Shown piece by piece: positions 1 to 11,723 of a stretch of DNA of 64,000 bases. Positions within the stretch are counted from its first letter, which is position 1. Each line of letters starts with the position of its first letter. The position numbers and the translations under genes are program-made. The notes beneath the pieces are model-generated. The model worked only from the letters and a program-made list of their open reading frames with translations. It did not search any database and had not been told where the DNA came from. Source of the stretch: Podarcis melisellensis (taxonomy: Eukaryota); assembly GCA_964234715.1 (NCBI GenBank), contig OZ174283.1; one strand, given 5' to 3'.

Positions 1-584
1 AACTCTGAACTAGATTTGCCATATTTCATTTTAAGCATTCTGGGTTTTATCCAATGAAGCCATCCTATTAGCACATGGACTATCACCTCTTCATTAGGAC
101 TTTTCTCCTCTCCTCTCCCTGTTCGTCCCTGCCCCCTGCAAATCTCTTCTGGAATTTCCCCCGACACTCTGGAGCAGATGGGACACATGGGGAGAGGAAA
201 GGGAGAGGAACTCTTGTTATAAAATGAGAAACCTTTGTACTAATGAAACAATGCCAATGTATATAATGATAAGAGTGCAATCTGAAGAACGGGAGGAGGA
301 TTACAAAGATGGTTTAACTGCTTCATTCACCACCCTACCAGAACAGTAGTTTCCATCCTACTGGAAACAATGGAAGGGTAAGGAGAGGAAGAGGTCTACA
401 GATGCTACTTTTGTATGTCTAAATTTTAAACTGTATTAGGGGCATGAGGAGGGACTAGGAGGGCTTCGGATCCTTTGGATCCCAACCAATTCCCAGAATG
501 CTCCTCCGAACATAGACCTCCAACATCAGTTGGGCCAGTGCATTGAAAGAGCCGATGTCATCCAAGGGGAAGGCACTGACGCCG

Positions 585-1250
585 GGGCTCCATACATAGC
601 ATATGTTTTAAGCACCACCCATCAAAAAGAATCCTGGGGACTGTAGTTTGTTAAAGGGTACTGGGAATTGTTGCTCTATTATGAGTAAACTAGGGTTCCC
701 AGGCGTCTTTGTTGGGGGGGGGAGCTTTAAATGTATAGTGTTGTCAGGCAGCAGAGGAAACAACCCCCACAGCAGGAAGAGCAACGGATAAGAGAAATAA
801 AAGTCCTTACCACCTGCTTTTTATTCAATATTTACAGAGAGAGGCTTGGGAATGCAATCTCTTGGAATGATGGCATTGTCCTGAGTAAATCTCCAACCCC
901 CTTCTCTCCCACTTGCTCATTTGTCATCAGCATCATCTCCTCTACGGGTGCCACTTAGGGCCTTCGAACTCTTTACTCTCCTACTTTTAAGGCTCACCAG
1001 GTTCTGGGAGTTGGTGGGTCTGGAATGCTTTCTAGTGACAACGTGTCAGCCAGCTGCTGCTCCGGCTCTGCCTGCTCCTCCTCTCCCATTATTTCCCAAC
1101 TTTCCCCCTCATCTTCCTCTGTGCTGTGACCTCCCTCAAACCCCTGTTGTGATTCTGAACTGTATTCTTCTTCTCTGGAAGGGTCAGGCTGGAGAGGTGG
1201 TCTCCACCATTCCTCCTCTGCCCAGTCCTTGACAAGTGTGTGCACAGCCC
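585..1250. mobile_element. Non-autonomous DNA element (MITE-like lizard repeat), interrupted near its right end by a solo LTR
   Basis: Quasi-palindromic core AAGAATCCTGGGGACTGTAGTTT...AAACTAGGGTTCCCAGGCGTCTTT; GGGCT.../...AGCCC termini; right end ATGTATAGTGT|GTGCACAGCCC is split by the 742-1234 insertion; related copy at 11166-11297. Confidence 0.55.
742..1234 (-). mobile_element. Solo LTR (493 bp; Gypsy/ERV-type)
   Basis: TGTCA...TGACA termini; perfect 5-bp TSD AGTGT (737-741, 1235-1239); TATA-like CTTAAAA (~985-991) and AATAAA (~820-825) on the minus strand. Confidence 0.85.
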
Positions 1251-2544
1251 TATTTTCCCTCTTTGATGTTGGAGCTGTGTGCCTGATGTCAGAGGAGGTT
1301 GTCAATGATATTCTATGGCCTTTGGGACACTGTTCCTGGGACCACAGGACTGCACCTGTAAATAACTCTAGGTGTACCAGAGCCAGCCAATCTTTAAATA
1401 TTGATAAGAATGTGAACTTAATTTCATATTAATGTTTTAAAAACATTCTAAACACATAGGAATGTTTTAAAAGGAAAGTGTCTTAAGATAAAAACAGTTT
1501 CTGCTGGTTTTTAATTTGGAAAGAAACTGGTACAGCAGACATTTCAAAATGTTCTATCCTGGTTAGGTTATAAATTCAAAACCACAAGCCTTCTCTTTTC
1601 TATCTCATTTTCTTTCCTAAATTCCCCTGAGGTTATCTCACTCTTAATGAATCCATTGTGAGTTTTTTTGTCCTGAGGAGAAAGAAAATGGAAACTTTCT
1701 AAGCTGCAGCCTTTACACTATGGCAAAACAGGAAATACTGTTCCACTGATTTGTCAATAGCACCAAGAGGAGAGAAATAGATTTGTTCTTTCACAAATAA
1801 CAAGATCTAGCTGGCTCAAATAAAAGAACACTGAGCTATAGATGACCATCATAGCAACAGGAACCAGAACAGCAGACAGTGGGTGTGATCTTCAGTTATT
1901 ATAAACTGCCATTAAGCCATTGATTTACCTTAGCCATAAAGGTTTGAAACCACCTCCCTGGATCTGTGTGTATGTTATCAGCATTTGCACAGACAACCTG
2001 CAAATAAGTTGATTACACAGTAAATGGAGCATGCCACTGACAATAGGTGACGTCTGTCTTTCAGTAAGCCCAAGAGCTCTTTTAAGCAATTCATCGTGTG
2101 AAAGGTTAGTCTAATATCAAAATTGCAGTGCTGAGCATAAGCTGCTTCAGCTGCTAAAATAAGTCTGAAGGCTTTTCCAGAGTACAAAAGAATTTGGAGA
2201 ACTAAGGAGGAAGAATTAGGCTTCTTGGAGTTTTGCACTTGTGGGATCAGAAGACAACTGAACATTTCCAATCCCTCCTGGCCCAGCTTCCCATTCAGTT
2301 TTGTATGTATTCACTTCCCCTTCACTCCAAAAAACGTTTGTCCTCAGCAGTCTACACCCAAGGAAATGTAAATTTGCGGATACAACTGTGAGAACAAAAG
2401 TTCAAATAGGTTTAATAAATAGGCTAAATATAGCTGACCATTCGCGGAGTGGTAATGCATTACACTGGTGTATATGTAATCATTGGATAAGCCAGTAATC
2501 TTTAATATCCTGCCAAGTGGTGAGGAAGCTCTATCACACATCTA

Positions 2545-2770
2545 CAGTGGTACCTTGGGTTAAGTACGTAATTCGTTCCAGAGGTCCATACTTAACCTGA
2601 AACTGTTCTTAACCTGAAGCACCACTTTAGCTAATGGGGCCTCCTACAGTTGCTGCGCTGCCGGAGCAAAATTTCTGTTCTCATCCTGAAGCAAAGTTCT
2701 TAACCTGAAGCACTATTTCTGGGTTAGTGGAGTCTGTAACCTGAAGCGTATGTAACCCGAGGTACCACTG
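2545..2770 (+). mobile_element. Tc1/mariner-pogo (Tigger-like) MITE, copy 1 of 4
   Basis: TIR CAGTGGTACCT(T/C)GGGTTA...TAACCCGAGGTACCACTG, flanking TA on both sides, repeated internal AACCTGAAGC motifs. Confidence 0.9.
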
Positions 2771-3009
2771 TACACCATATCAGAAATTGGAAATAGAAGA
2801 GTATTAGTAAGATTCTTTCACTATGTTGCACAGTGTTGCAGAAAATCAGGTAAATCTACTGTATATAGCTATTCGAGAAGAACCTGACTGGGGATAAAAA
2901 AAGTTAATTGATTAATCATGAGTTTTGTTCCATTAACTGATTTATTAACTTGCTAAATTTGCATATGGAAAACAATATCCCAGCAAGGTTAATGAGCAGA
3001 GTTGAGGGA

Positions 3010-4100
3010 AGGATTAGGGGCAAGGCTCCCTTCAGAAAATGTAAGAGTTGTCCAAATGAGAACAAAAACGAACACAAATGTGACAAAAGACATGCAAGCT
3101 GGCAATAAAGAATACAAGAAAAGAAAAGAAATTGATGAGCGCCTCATTAAAACCATGAAGACCAATAGTTCAAAATATTAGAAGCAAGATATTGGTTAGG
3201 GAGGTGACTGGACCCTTGGGTGATGAGGGAGTTAAAGGGTTACTAAGAGAGGAAAGGGAGATTGCAGAAAAGCTGGACGAATTCTTTGCCTCTGTCTTCA
3301 CTGCAGAAGATTTAGGGCAGATTCATGTGCTTGAGGTAAAGGTAATGAGATGAAGTTCTAGGCCTTATTGACAAAATAAAAATCAACAAATCACCAGGTC
3401 CAGGTGACATCCACTTGAGAGTTCTTTAAAAGGTATGACATAGCTGAAATTCTAACAAAAAATATGCAGCTTGATCCTAATGTCATGAAAACTTTTTCCA
3501 AACAGCTCATTCTGGGGTGAGAATAAAATAAAAAACTACACTAGAAGATATTAAAAGCAAAACATTCAAAGAGCATATTTCTTTGAGGGTGTCAACAACC
3601 ATTTAGATATAGGTGATCCAATAAACTTTGACTTTCAATCAGCTTTCAATAAACCCTGCCATCAAGACTCCTGGTGAAATGTAGCAGTCTGGAGATAAGA
3701 GGACAGTTCATCTTGTGAATCAGTAACTAGTTAAAGAACAGGAAGCAAAGAGTAGGAATAAATTGACAGTTCTAAGAATGGAAGAATATATGGAGTGGGA
3801 TTCCCACCCCTACCTCCACCCCACCCCCCACCCCCGGATTGGTATTGGAATCTGTGCTTTTTAACTTGTTCAGAAATGACCTTGTTCAGAAATGGAGTTA
3901 GAGGTGAGCAGTGAGGTGATCAGGTTTGCAGATGGCAACAGATTGTCCAGGGTGGTAAAAACAAAAAAGGAATTGCAAGGAGTCTCAATGGGATCTTTGA
4001 GAACTGAGTGAATGGGCATCAAAATGGCATATATAATTCTATGTAAGCAAGTATAAAGTAATGCACATCGGGGAACCCCCATTCCCAAATTCTAATGCAA
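3010..4100 (+). mobile_element. Old, degenerate CR1 LINE ORF2 (RT) remnant
   Basis: Decayed CR1 ORF2 motifs: EIAEKLDEFFASVFT (3258-3302), KSPGPGDIH (~3388-3414), DFQSAF (~3630), SVLFNLF (~3851), FADG (~3925); many stops and frameshifts. Confidence 0.85.
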
Positions 4101-5672
4101 CCTCAATGGTAGTCCTAAATAGTGGCATTTCCTCCCCACAGAGATGCATCTAGCATCATCATGGTATAGGTTCCGCTTTATGCCTAGCTCTTTGGCACCT
4201 GAGATATATGTTTTTAGAACCTACCCTGTTCTTTGGATTATAAGTTGTTTTAATTGATTTTAATATTGTATTTTAATATTGTTGTAACCTACCCTGGGAC
4301 CTTCTGGTGAAGGGTGAGTTAGAACTCCCAACACTAAAACAAAACATCAGTGATAATAATAACATTGGGACGAAATCCCCCATTGGAATCATACTAGCCT
4401 TCCAGGCTTAAGAGCTATTGACACGTGTTTACTTAGTCCGTTTTCAAAAGTACCTAATAGCATTAATTCCATTAATTTCCTAGGGAATTTCGGCAGTACT
4501 TGTTATGTGAAGATCTAAATTCAAATGATCATGACCTTTATGAACAATCCTGCTTTCAGGAAGCTAAACTTTGTATTGTTTTAAACTGTGAAGTAAACAG
4601 TGTATCAATGGAACTCTAGCCATGTCAACTCAGGACTCCTATTGAATTCAATGGTGCTTCCTCTCAGGTAAGTGGGTTTGGATTGCCATCTAAGATACCC
4701 TGCATATTCTGCTTATAAACTGCCATCACGATAGCCAATTATATTACATTCAGGAAGCTGTGAGGTGAACACCCTCTGGCTCATACCATGTGCTTCTTAC
4801 AAAGCTTGGCTTGATCTACACGTCATGATTGAGAAGACAGGTCTCTTCCCTGCAATCAATGTCAATTAGATGCTGCTTTTGTGGAGCTGACAATCCAATG
4901 GGACCAAAATAAACTCTGAAGGGCCCTTAGGTAATGAAAAATGACCTTTGTGAAAAGGAGAAAGGGAACAAAGAGGGATTTCAGCCAACCATTCATTATC
5001 TCAGCAATTGTAGAAAAGGGTTTCCCCCCCTCTGTTGAGTAACTAATCCTCTTTTTTTATTGGTTTCCATTGACCTATGTTTTGATTGATTATGATCCTG
5101 ATTCTAGTACAAGATCACTCTGCCTCTTATCACCTGTTACTAGTAGGGGGAACTGTCACTTGTCTCATGTGATTTATGATATCACGCAGGTGAACTCAAG
5201 GTTAATTGCATCATATATTTGAATAAATCAGAAGACCCAACTACCTTTAAAGAAGACATCAATAAACATCGCTGAGATCAAGGAACAATCATCTTCTTTT
5301 AGGCAAGAAGGAAGAAGGCAAGAAGCAGCTAATGCTGTGGACAGATCCTACTAGTCTTTGATAGTTATTTGCTCCAGTTTGGTGAATACTAGTACAGTAG
5401 TGTTAGCTGACATGGTCTTGAACAATCTTGAAATGAAAAGCTGAATGTAGACAGAAGCTAAATTCCATTATTGGACAAATGACCATACAACAAATATGTA
5501 TGAAACTGCTCTGTGACCTTCAGATGAAGGGTGATATATAAATTTTATAAAATAAAGTGAAAATAAATAAGGTAAATATCTTGTCACGATGCAGAGTTAC
5601 TTACAGAGAAATGCAATGGTCCCACTAGCCTGGTACTCAAAAATGTTGGTGTAATGGTGGCATAGCCTATCT

Positions 5673-5858
5673 CAGGGGTTGTCAACCTGGTCTCTACTGC
5701 CCAGTAGTGGGTGTTTCAGGATTCTAGGTGGGCAGTAGGGGGTTCTATGGCACAAGCTGAATCCTCCTTCCATCGAGCACCAGTGGGTGGTAAGAATATG
5801 TTTCCATCAAGAAAGATGCATTAGTGGGCAGTAGGTATAAAAAGGTTGACTACCCCTG
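5673..5858. mobile_element. hAT-family MITE
   Basis: TIR CAGGGGT(T/A)GTCAACCT; perfect 8-bp TSD GCCTATCT (5665-5672, 5859-5866). Confidence 0.9.
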
Positions 5859-7567
5859 GCCTATCTGGGAACTTATGCACTCTGAATAACAACGCTGAAC
5901 AAACATGTTGTAGTCTAAAACATCTGGAGGGCACCAGGTTGGGGAAGCCTTATTTAAATGCATATTTTGACACATTTTAACTCCTGAAAACTGTGTCACA
6001 GCATTCTGAAAAGTATGTTCCAATCCGCTATTACCAGGAATGTAGAAGCAAGTGAAGAGTTTCAGTGGCCTTGTCTACTAGAGTATGAGTCCATGTTTCT
6101 TCAAACTGAAGGCAATGATGAAAGGCAGTCTAGGGAAGTGTGACAGAATCCTCATTATCTTGACAAGTGACTTCACATTAATGTGAATGCCACATATGTA
6201 TCACTAAAATCTCTGCTGTGGGCTCAGCACTGACACAGTGCAGGTCACCTGTTCTGATGTAATATATTCTGCTTGGCACCATTTCTGACCAGTATGACAC
6301 AGCTCTCAGATCATCCTTGCTATCTGAGCCTCTGGGCCAATCCATTTTTCCTCCCAGAGAAAAAAACATTCATATGCCATGCAGCTGTCTCCTGGTGATA
6401 ATCAACATCACTGATTTTGTTTCATGAGCAAATGACCTTTGCATGCTAAGCCCTGATATTCTATGGAGAGTATGAAATGCTTTGTTGGGCATTGAGTTAA
6501 AGGGAATTCTCCCACAAAAAGACCATAAAGCATGCTGGAGCCAGTTCTAATTAGAGAAAACTGGACAAATTGGTGTTGAATTACTAGTTTGGTTCCACGA
6601 ATGCCAAATTCATTCCTGATTTGTGTATTTGACCATAGGAAAGAGGTGTGTGTGTTTGCATTTTCAAAATATCCTTTTGGAGTGTTCAAGATGCTCCAAA
6701 GATTCACAAAGGCTTTCTTACATCTCTGGAAATGAGGCAAACTTCCAGAATACAGGTAGCAAAAAAAATATCCCCCATGTGCTGATTCTCACAGTCTGTA
6801 ATAAGGTCATGTTCACTGCAGTTCAAAACATCACCAGCCATAACAACATTTAAACAACTATTGCTGGAAGGCTCATCTATTATGAATAGCCATTTTCATT
6901 AGAAGCCATGTTTACCCCATAAAACGTGGCTGTTAATTGCGCTGTTTTGGGAGTGCAATGTATATTGCGTGATTCATATTTCTGAGAATCCATGCCTAGC
7001 CTGGGCAATGAGAGTTTAAAACCAACAGAACCCAGGGAGTGTTTGTGAGGGAACGTGATTATTGCTCTAGCTAATGTGTTACTCATGCATTGTGGCGAAG
7101 AGCTAACTGACAGGGAGAAAATAGCACAGTCTTCAGCAGCAGGTTTTAAGATGAAGGGGACAAAATGAAAATTCTGTCATAATCTTCCTCTCCAGCTATT
7201 TTTAAGTTCTTAACACCCCTCTGTATGACTCACACAGTTTCCCTTCCGCTCTCCCTCAATACTCCCGTCATTGAACTCAATCACATAATGAAGCTCACAG
7301 AGTGTAGCTGGTTTCTGTAATCTCACAGGTGCTACTGGTGAGATGGAGAATTAAATTTTAGAGCCATCTCTTCAGATACCTATATCCATTTAGTAAGCAA
7401 TCTTTCTCTGTGTTGGACGTTTAAGGGGAGACACAGTACTGCCATTGTCCTCCACATCTTGGTATTTTAAGGGGAGAGACTGAGCGAAATACCAGTAACC
7501 TGCATTATTTACTCTTTATTTCCATGCAGGAGTGTCAGTTTAAGGTATTTGTCACAAACACACCACA

Positions 7568-7793
7568 AGCCAGTGTGGTGCAGGGGTGAAAATGTCAGAC
7601 TAGGACCTAGGAGACCAGGGTTCAAATTTCCATTCAGCTATGAAGCTCACTGGATGACCTTGAGCCCATCACTGATGGTCAGCTTAAACTACTCCCCAGG
7701 GTTGTTGTAAAGATAAAATGAGGAGGGCATAGCCATATACGCTACCATGAGCTTCTTGGGAGGAAGGTGGGATGTAAACAAACAAATGAAATA
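7568..7793 (+). mobile_element. tRNA-derived squamate SINE (MIR/Squam3-like)
   Basis: A-box-like TGGTGCAGGGG, B-box GGTTCAAATTT, core GATGACCTTGAGC, GTTGTTGTAAAGATAAAATG, L2-like tail AGGTGGGATGTAAA. Confidence 0.8.
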
Positions 7794-8059
7794 CTGAGTG
7801 GTGTGGAAATTCAATATAATGTTCCCTGCCCTGAAAAGTTTAATGAATCTTATCAAAATTCTTGCATTTCCAAATGCCACAAGGAATAGGGCAGGATGAC
7901 ATCCTCTTCTACCTGTTTCTGCCACATGTCCTGTCAAAGAAGGACACAAAACTGGAGTCCTGGGGAAGCCCAGTCTGGGGCCTCCAAGATAAGCTGAACT
8001 GTAGATGCATTTCTCACTTTAAGAAGTCCCAGTGGAGTTGACACCACACATTACACACA

Positions 8060-8320
8060 TTTTATATGCAATTTTGCCTCATAGATGCCTTTTAAAAACT
8101 AATCTCACCTAATATATTGCATTTTCTATGATATTTTCACCAATACATGCATTTTTATGCACAATTTCTCCAAGTATATGCATGTGTGTACTCATCACTT
8201 GACTGAAGAACTGCATTGCAAAATTCGGAGAATTGCAAATTTTTAAAAATGGCTGGGTTTCAGTTCATGTCCTATTTCAGACATTGCGAATTAGGGGAGC
8301 TCACCCTTTAAATGCAAACT
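8060..8320. repeat. Unclassified lizard interspersed repeat fragment
   Basis: Iterated ATGCATTTTTATGCACA/CTAATATATTGCATTTT motifs followed by CTGCATTGCAAAATTCGGAGAA; family not assigned. Confidence 0.4.
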
Positions 8321-8488
8321 TTTTTATTTATTTTTTTACTTTCTCCATGCAAAATGATTTGCAGTGCACACACAAATAACTTATCTTGGTGCCCTACAAG
8401 TCTCCTCAACTTCAGATAAAGAAATTCTGTTGTATTGTATTGTAATGGTATCTAAGGCTTTATAAATCCTATTGCACATTTTCTTATA

Positions 8489-8722
8489 CAGTGGTACCTT
8501 GGGTTACTTATGCTTCAGGTTAAATATGCTTCAGGTTACAGACCACGCTAACCCAGAAATAGTACCTCTGGTGAAGAACTTTGCTTCAGGATAAGAACAG
8601 AAATCGGGCTCTGGTGGCATAGCAGCGGGAGGCCCCATTAGCTAAAGTGGTGCTTCAGGTTAAGAACAGTTTCAAGTTAAGAACGGACCTCCTGAACGAA
8701 TTAAATACTTAACCCGAGGTAC
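8489..8722 (-). mobile_element. Tigger-like MITE, copy 2 (right TIR truncated)
   Basis: TA+CAGTGGTACCTTGGGTTA start; reverse complement of copy 1; ends AACCCGAGGTAC, lacking CACTG. Confidence 0.9.
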
Positions 8723-8890
8723 AGCATCTTTGCCCCCTTACTGCATGGAACTAAACAAAAGAGGGAATATCTTCCCACACCACCTATATGAATGTTTTAT
8801 TTTCTTTTGGATGAAATGTTTCAGTGTGATGCAAATAGCTGCAAACTGAGATACTAAATATCAAGCACAACATCTAAAATGCATCTGCAG

Positions 8891-9113
8891 TTTATTTGTT
8901 TTATTGCATTGCATTTATACCCCACCTTTTCTCTAAGGAGCTCAAGATGACGTACATTATTCTCCCCCTCCTCATTTAATCCCCACAAGAACCCAGTGAG
9001 GCAGGTTAGGCTAAGAGGCAGGGACTGGCCCAAGGTCACCCAATGAGCTTCATGGCTGGGTGGAAACGAGAACCCTAGTTTGACACTCTCACCGCTACAC
9101 TATCCTGGCTGCT
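8891..9113 (-). mobile_element. tRNA-derived squamate SINE (MIR/Squam3-like)
   Basis: Reverse-complement similarity to 7568-7793 (CCCCACCTTT, GGCCCAAGGTCACCCA, GAGCTTCATGGCTG). Confidence 0.8.
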
Positions 9114-11005
9114 ACCACGCAACACTAACTAGCCCTTGGCGCTCATCAGGCCAGCCATGATTTGAAGGATCAGATGTAATTGAAGAATACATTTCACTCC
9201 TGCTCCCTTTGTGCATCAGAGGTTTAATATCCAGGAATGGATGACCTTCCCCACATGTCTGTGGTGGCTGAGGACAATTGTGAGACCAACGTGGCCTTTT
9301 TAGCAAAGCCAGGCTCTTGTTTCAGTTGGTGCAAAATTCTCACAAGAGGAAAGGGAGCTAGACTAGCTTCTTCTCAAGAAGGATCCATACCCCATGGTTT
9401 TTTGTAAGAAATCTCACCAGAGACTGCTTTATTATTTGCTCTGGTGTGTTTTTCAGCCATCACAGATTGCATAGCTTACATAATTTTCTCACAAGAGTCT
9501 GCAGTCCTTTTTCCCCATATAAGCCCCAGATGTGTATGAATGTCAAAGAGATTTATATACACTTAAGAGGGAGGGAGGGAGGGAAGAAACTGGAAGATCA
9601 AGAGCCTCTGGTTTTCTTATGTATTTTCCATTCCATTAAGCATTCATACTGAATTTCTTTAATTGTAACTTTTTGAAAGCCAGAGTGCCATAAAGCAGCC
9701 TTGTATGCTTTTACCCCAAACGTAAACGGCATTAATGCAATTGAGGCCCTGTTGATGACAACTTACTTAAAATAATAATATCGGGATGTTTAGAGCCTGT
9801 CTTTCATCTCTTAGCCTCTCTGTGTATCTACCTTGCATTCAGATGCTCTTTGATTTCACCGCAAAGAACATCTCTCACTCACTAGTGAGCATGGACTTAT
9901 TAAAAATTAATACAGAAGCATATTTAAAAATTAAACATATTTGTACATTAAGTTTCGGGATGATTCAACACTCAGGGGAAAAAAGTTGTAAGAAGAGAGA
10001 AGACATTCACTTGAGCAGCAAGATCTTAGCTTTCCTCCCCTCTCTACCTACTGGTTTGAAACACCTCTGGCTATGCTCACAGCAGTTTGGGCAAATTCTC
10101 CTGCTGACATAAGCTTTTAATATTTTTTTGCCATAGTTTTTGCCGTCTTTATTACGAAGCATAGCCATGATATGCAGAGAGAGCGTGCAGTGCTGTCTTG
10201 CTAGCTTCAAGAGAGTTCTTGCTTCTGCCATAGTCTTGGATGCCAGTGGAACCCTCTGTTCGCGGTCCCAGTTTGCTGCTTACAGACTAACACCCTCCCC
10301 CCTGAGCTCGCATCAGGCAAACTGAAATCCCAAATGCAATTCTGCTGGAAGAGGGCTCCATTCCTTTTCCGCCTGGTACAGTGTGTCTGCTAATGGGGCA
10401 TATCCCTGCCTTTGGTTGCTTAACAACTCAGCCATTCTCAGCAAGTGAATCCCTGCTGCATCCAATGATTCATGGGGCTTGGTTAAATTCTAACCTCTTT
10501 CTTGGTTCCAGGAATTTAGGGGAGTCTTGCCCCTCAACTTATAACAATACAATACAACACACACACATATGGGGATGGGGAGAGAAGCAGGCAAGCAGGC
10601 AGACAGATAGACAAAGAGATGAAAGTATATTTCCTTTTCTGTTTTCTCCACAGGTCGCAGCAGCAGGGAAGGCAATCAATTGGGTACACATAATGAAGTA
10701 TCAGCATGTTAGGCTAAGCAGAGTATGATAATGTTCCCATGGGTGAAGGCGAGCCATACATTTCTCTCTCTCTCCTTCCTGGTGAAAAACACTGACTTGG
10801 CACTGTGCTCAGTTTTATATGTTGCAAGCGGGACCTGCAACCTTATGGAGTGCTCATGTTCATTAAGCTGTTTTTGTTTGTTTGTTTGTTTGTGGTACTT
10901 TAGAAGTTCTTGTTTCAGGTATTTATACAACCACTGGTGCTGAGACCTGCCTGAAGGTGCTGTTTTGGCTACCTTGGAATCCACACTCAGAATAAATTCA
11001 CTGTA

Positions 11006-11006
<1 letters not shown>

Positions 11007-11039
<33 letters not shown>

Positions 11040-11063
11040 GTAGTAGTAGTAGTAGTAGTAGTA
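11007..11063. repeat. Compound microsatellite (TAA)n(TAG)n
   Basis: Directly visible; explains the poly-T/poly-Y runs in ORF 10709..11191. Confidence 0.95.
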
Positions 11064-11165
11064 TATTGGGTACTGAATATTTGGTGAATGTTGATCATCA
11101 GAGGGGAAGCATCTGAAGTGGGAACTGAGGAGAGATGATTGAGAAAACTATGACTTCTGCAGTAA

Positions 11166-11297
11166 GATCCACACCGTGCTTTAATGCACATTCAAACACA
11201 CACTTTCGGCTTCCCCCAAAGACTCCTGGCAACTGTATCCTTAACAAACTATAGTTCCCAGATTCTTTGGGAGATGTCATGGTCTATATATCTGGCC
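11166..11297. mobile_element. MITE-like repeat related to 585-741
   Basis: CCCCCAAAGACTCCTGGCAACTGTA...AAACTATAGTTCCCAGATTCTTTGGG quasi-palindrome. Confidence 0.5.
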
Positions 11298-11455
11298 TCC
11301 ATCTTTCTGCTGAAGTCCAGCTTTGACAATTATACAGTAAGTGTGAAAAGAGGAAGTGTGATTCGTTCAAAAGGAAGTATTAAAAACAACAGTTTTGATA
11401 TGTGAGACCACTGGTAGAATCTTTCTGATTGAGCTGATGTTCAGAATCTTTCTGA

Positions 11456-11723
11456 TTCTGCTCCAGAGAAGCGGACACGGAGCAATGGATGCAAACTACA
11501 AGAAAGAAGATTCCACCTAAACATTAGGAAGAACTTCCTGACAGTAAGAGCTGTTCGACAGTGGAATTTGCTGCCAAGGAGTGTGGTGGAGTCTCCTTCT
11601 TTGGAGGTCTTTAAGCAGAGGCTTGACAACCATATGTCAGGAGTGCTCTGATGGTGTTTCCTGCTTGGCAGGGGGTTGGACTCGATGGCCCTTGTCCAAC
11701 TCTATGATTCTATGATTCTATGA
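11456..11723 (+). mobile_element. Young CR1 LINE 3' end (5'-truncated)
   Basis: ORF2 C-terminus [52 protein letters not shown]; 3'UTR and (ATTCTATG)n tail. Confidence 0.95.

Noticed and set aside
10630-10745. Strong 3' splice site TTTTCTCCACAG at ~10642-10653
   Set aside because: No convincing donor, and the following peptide is unrecognisable.
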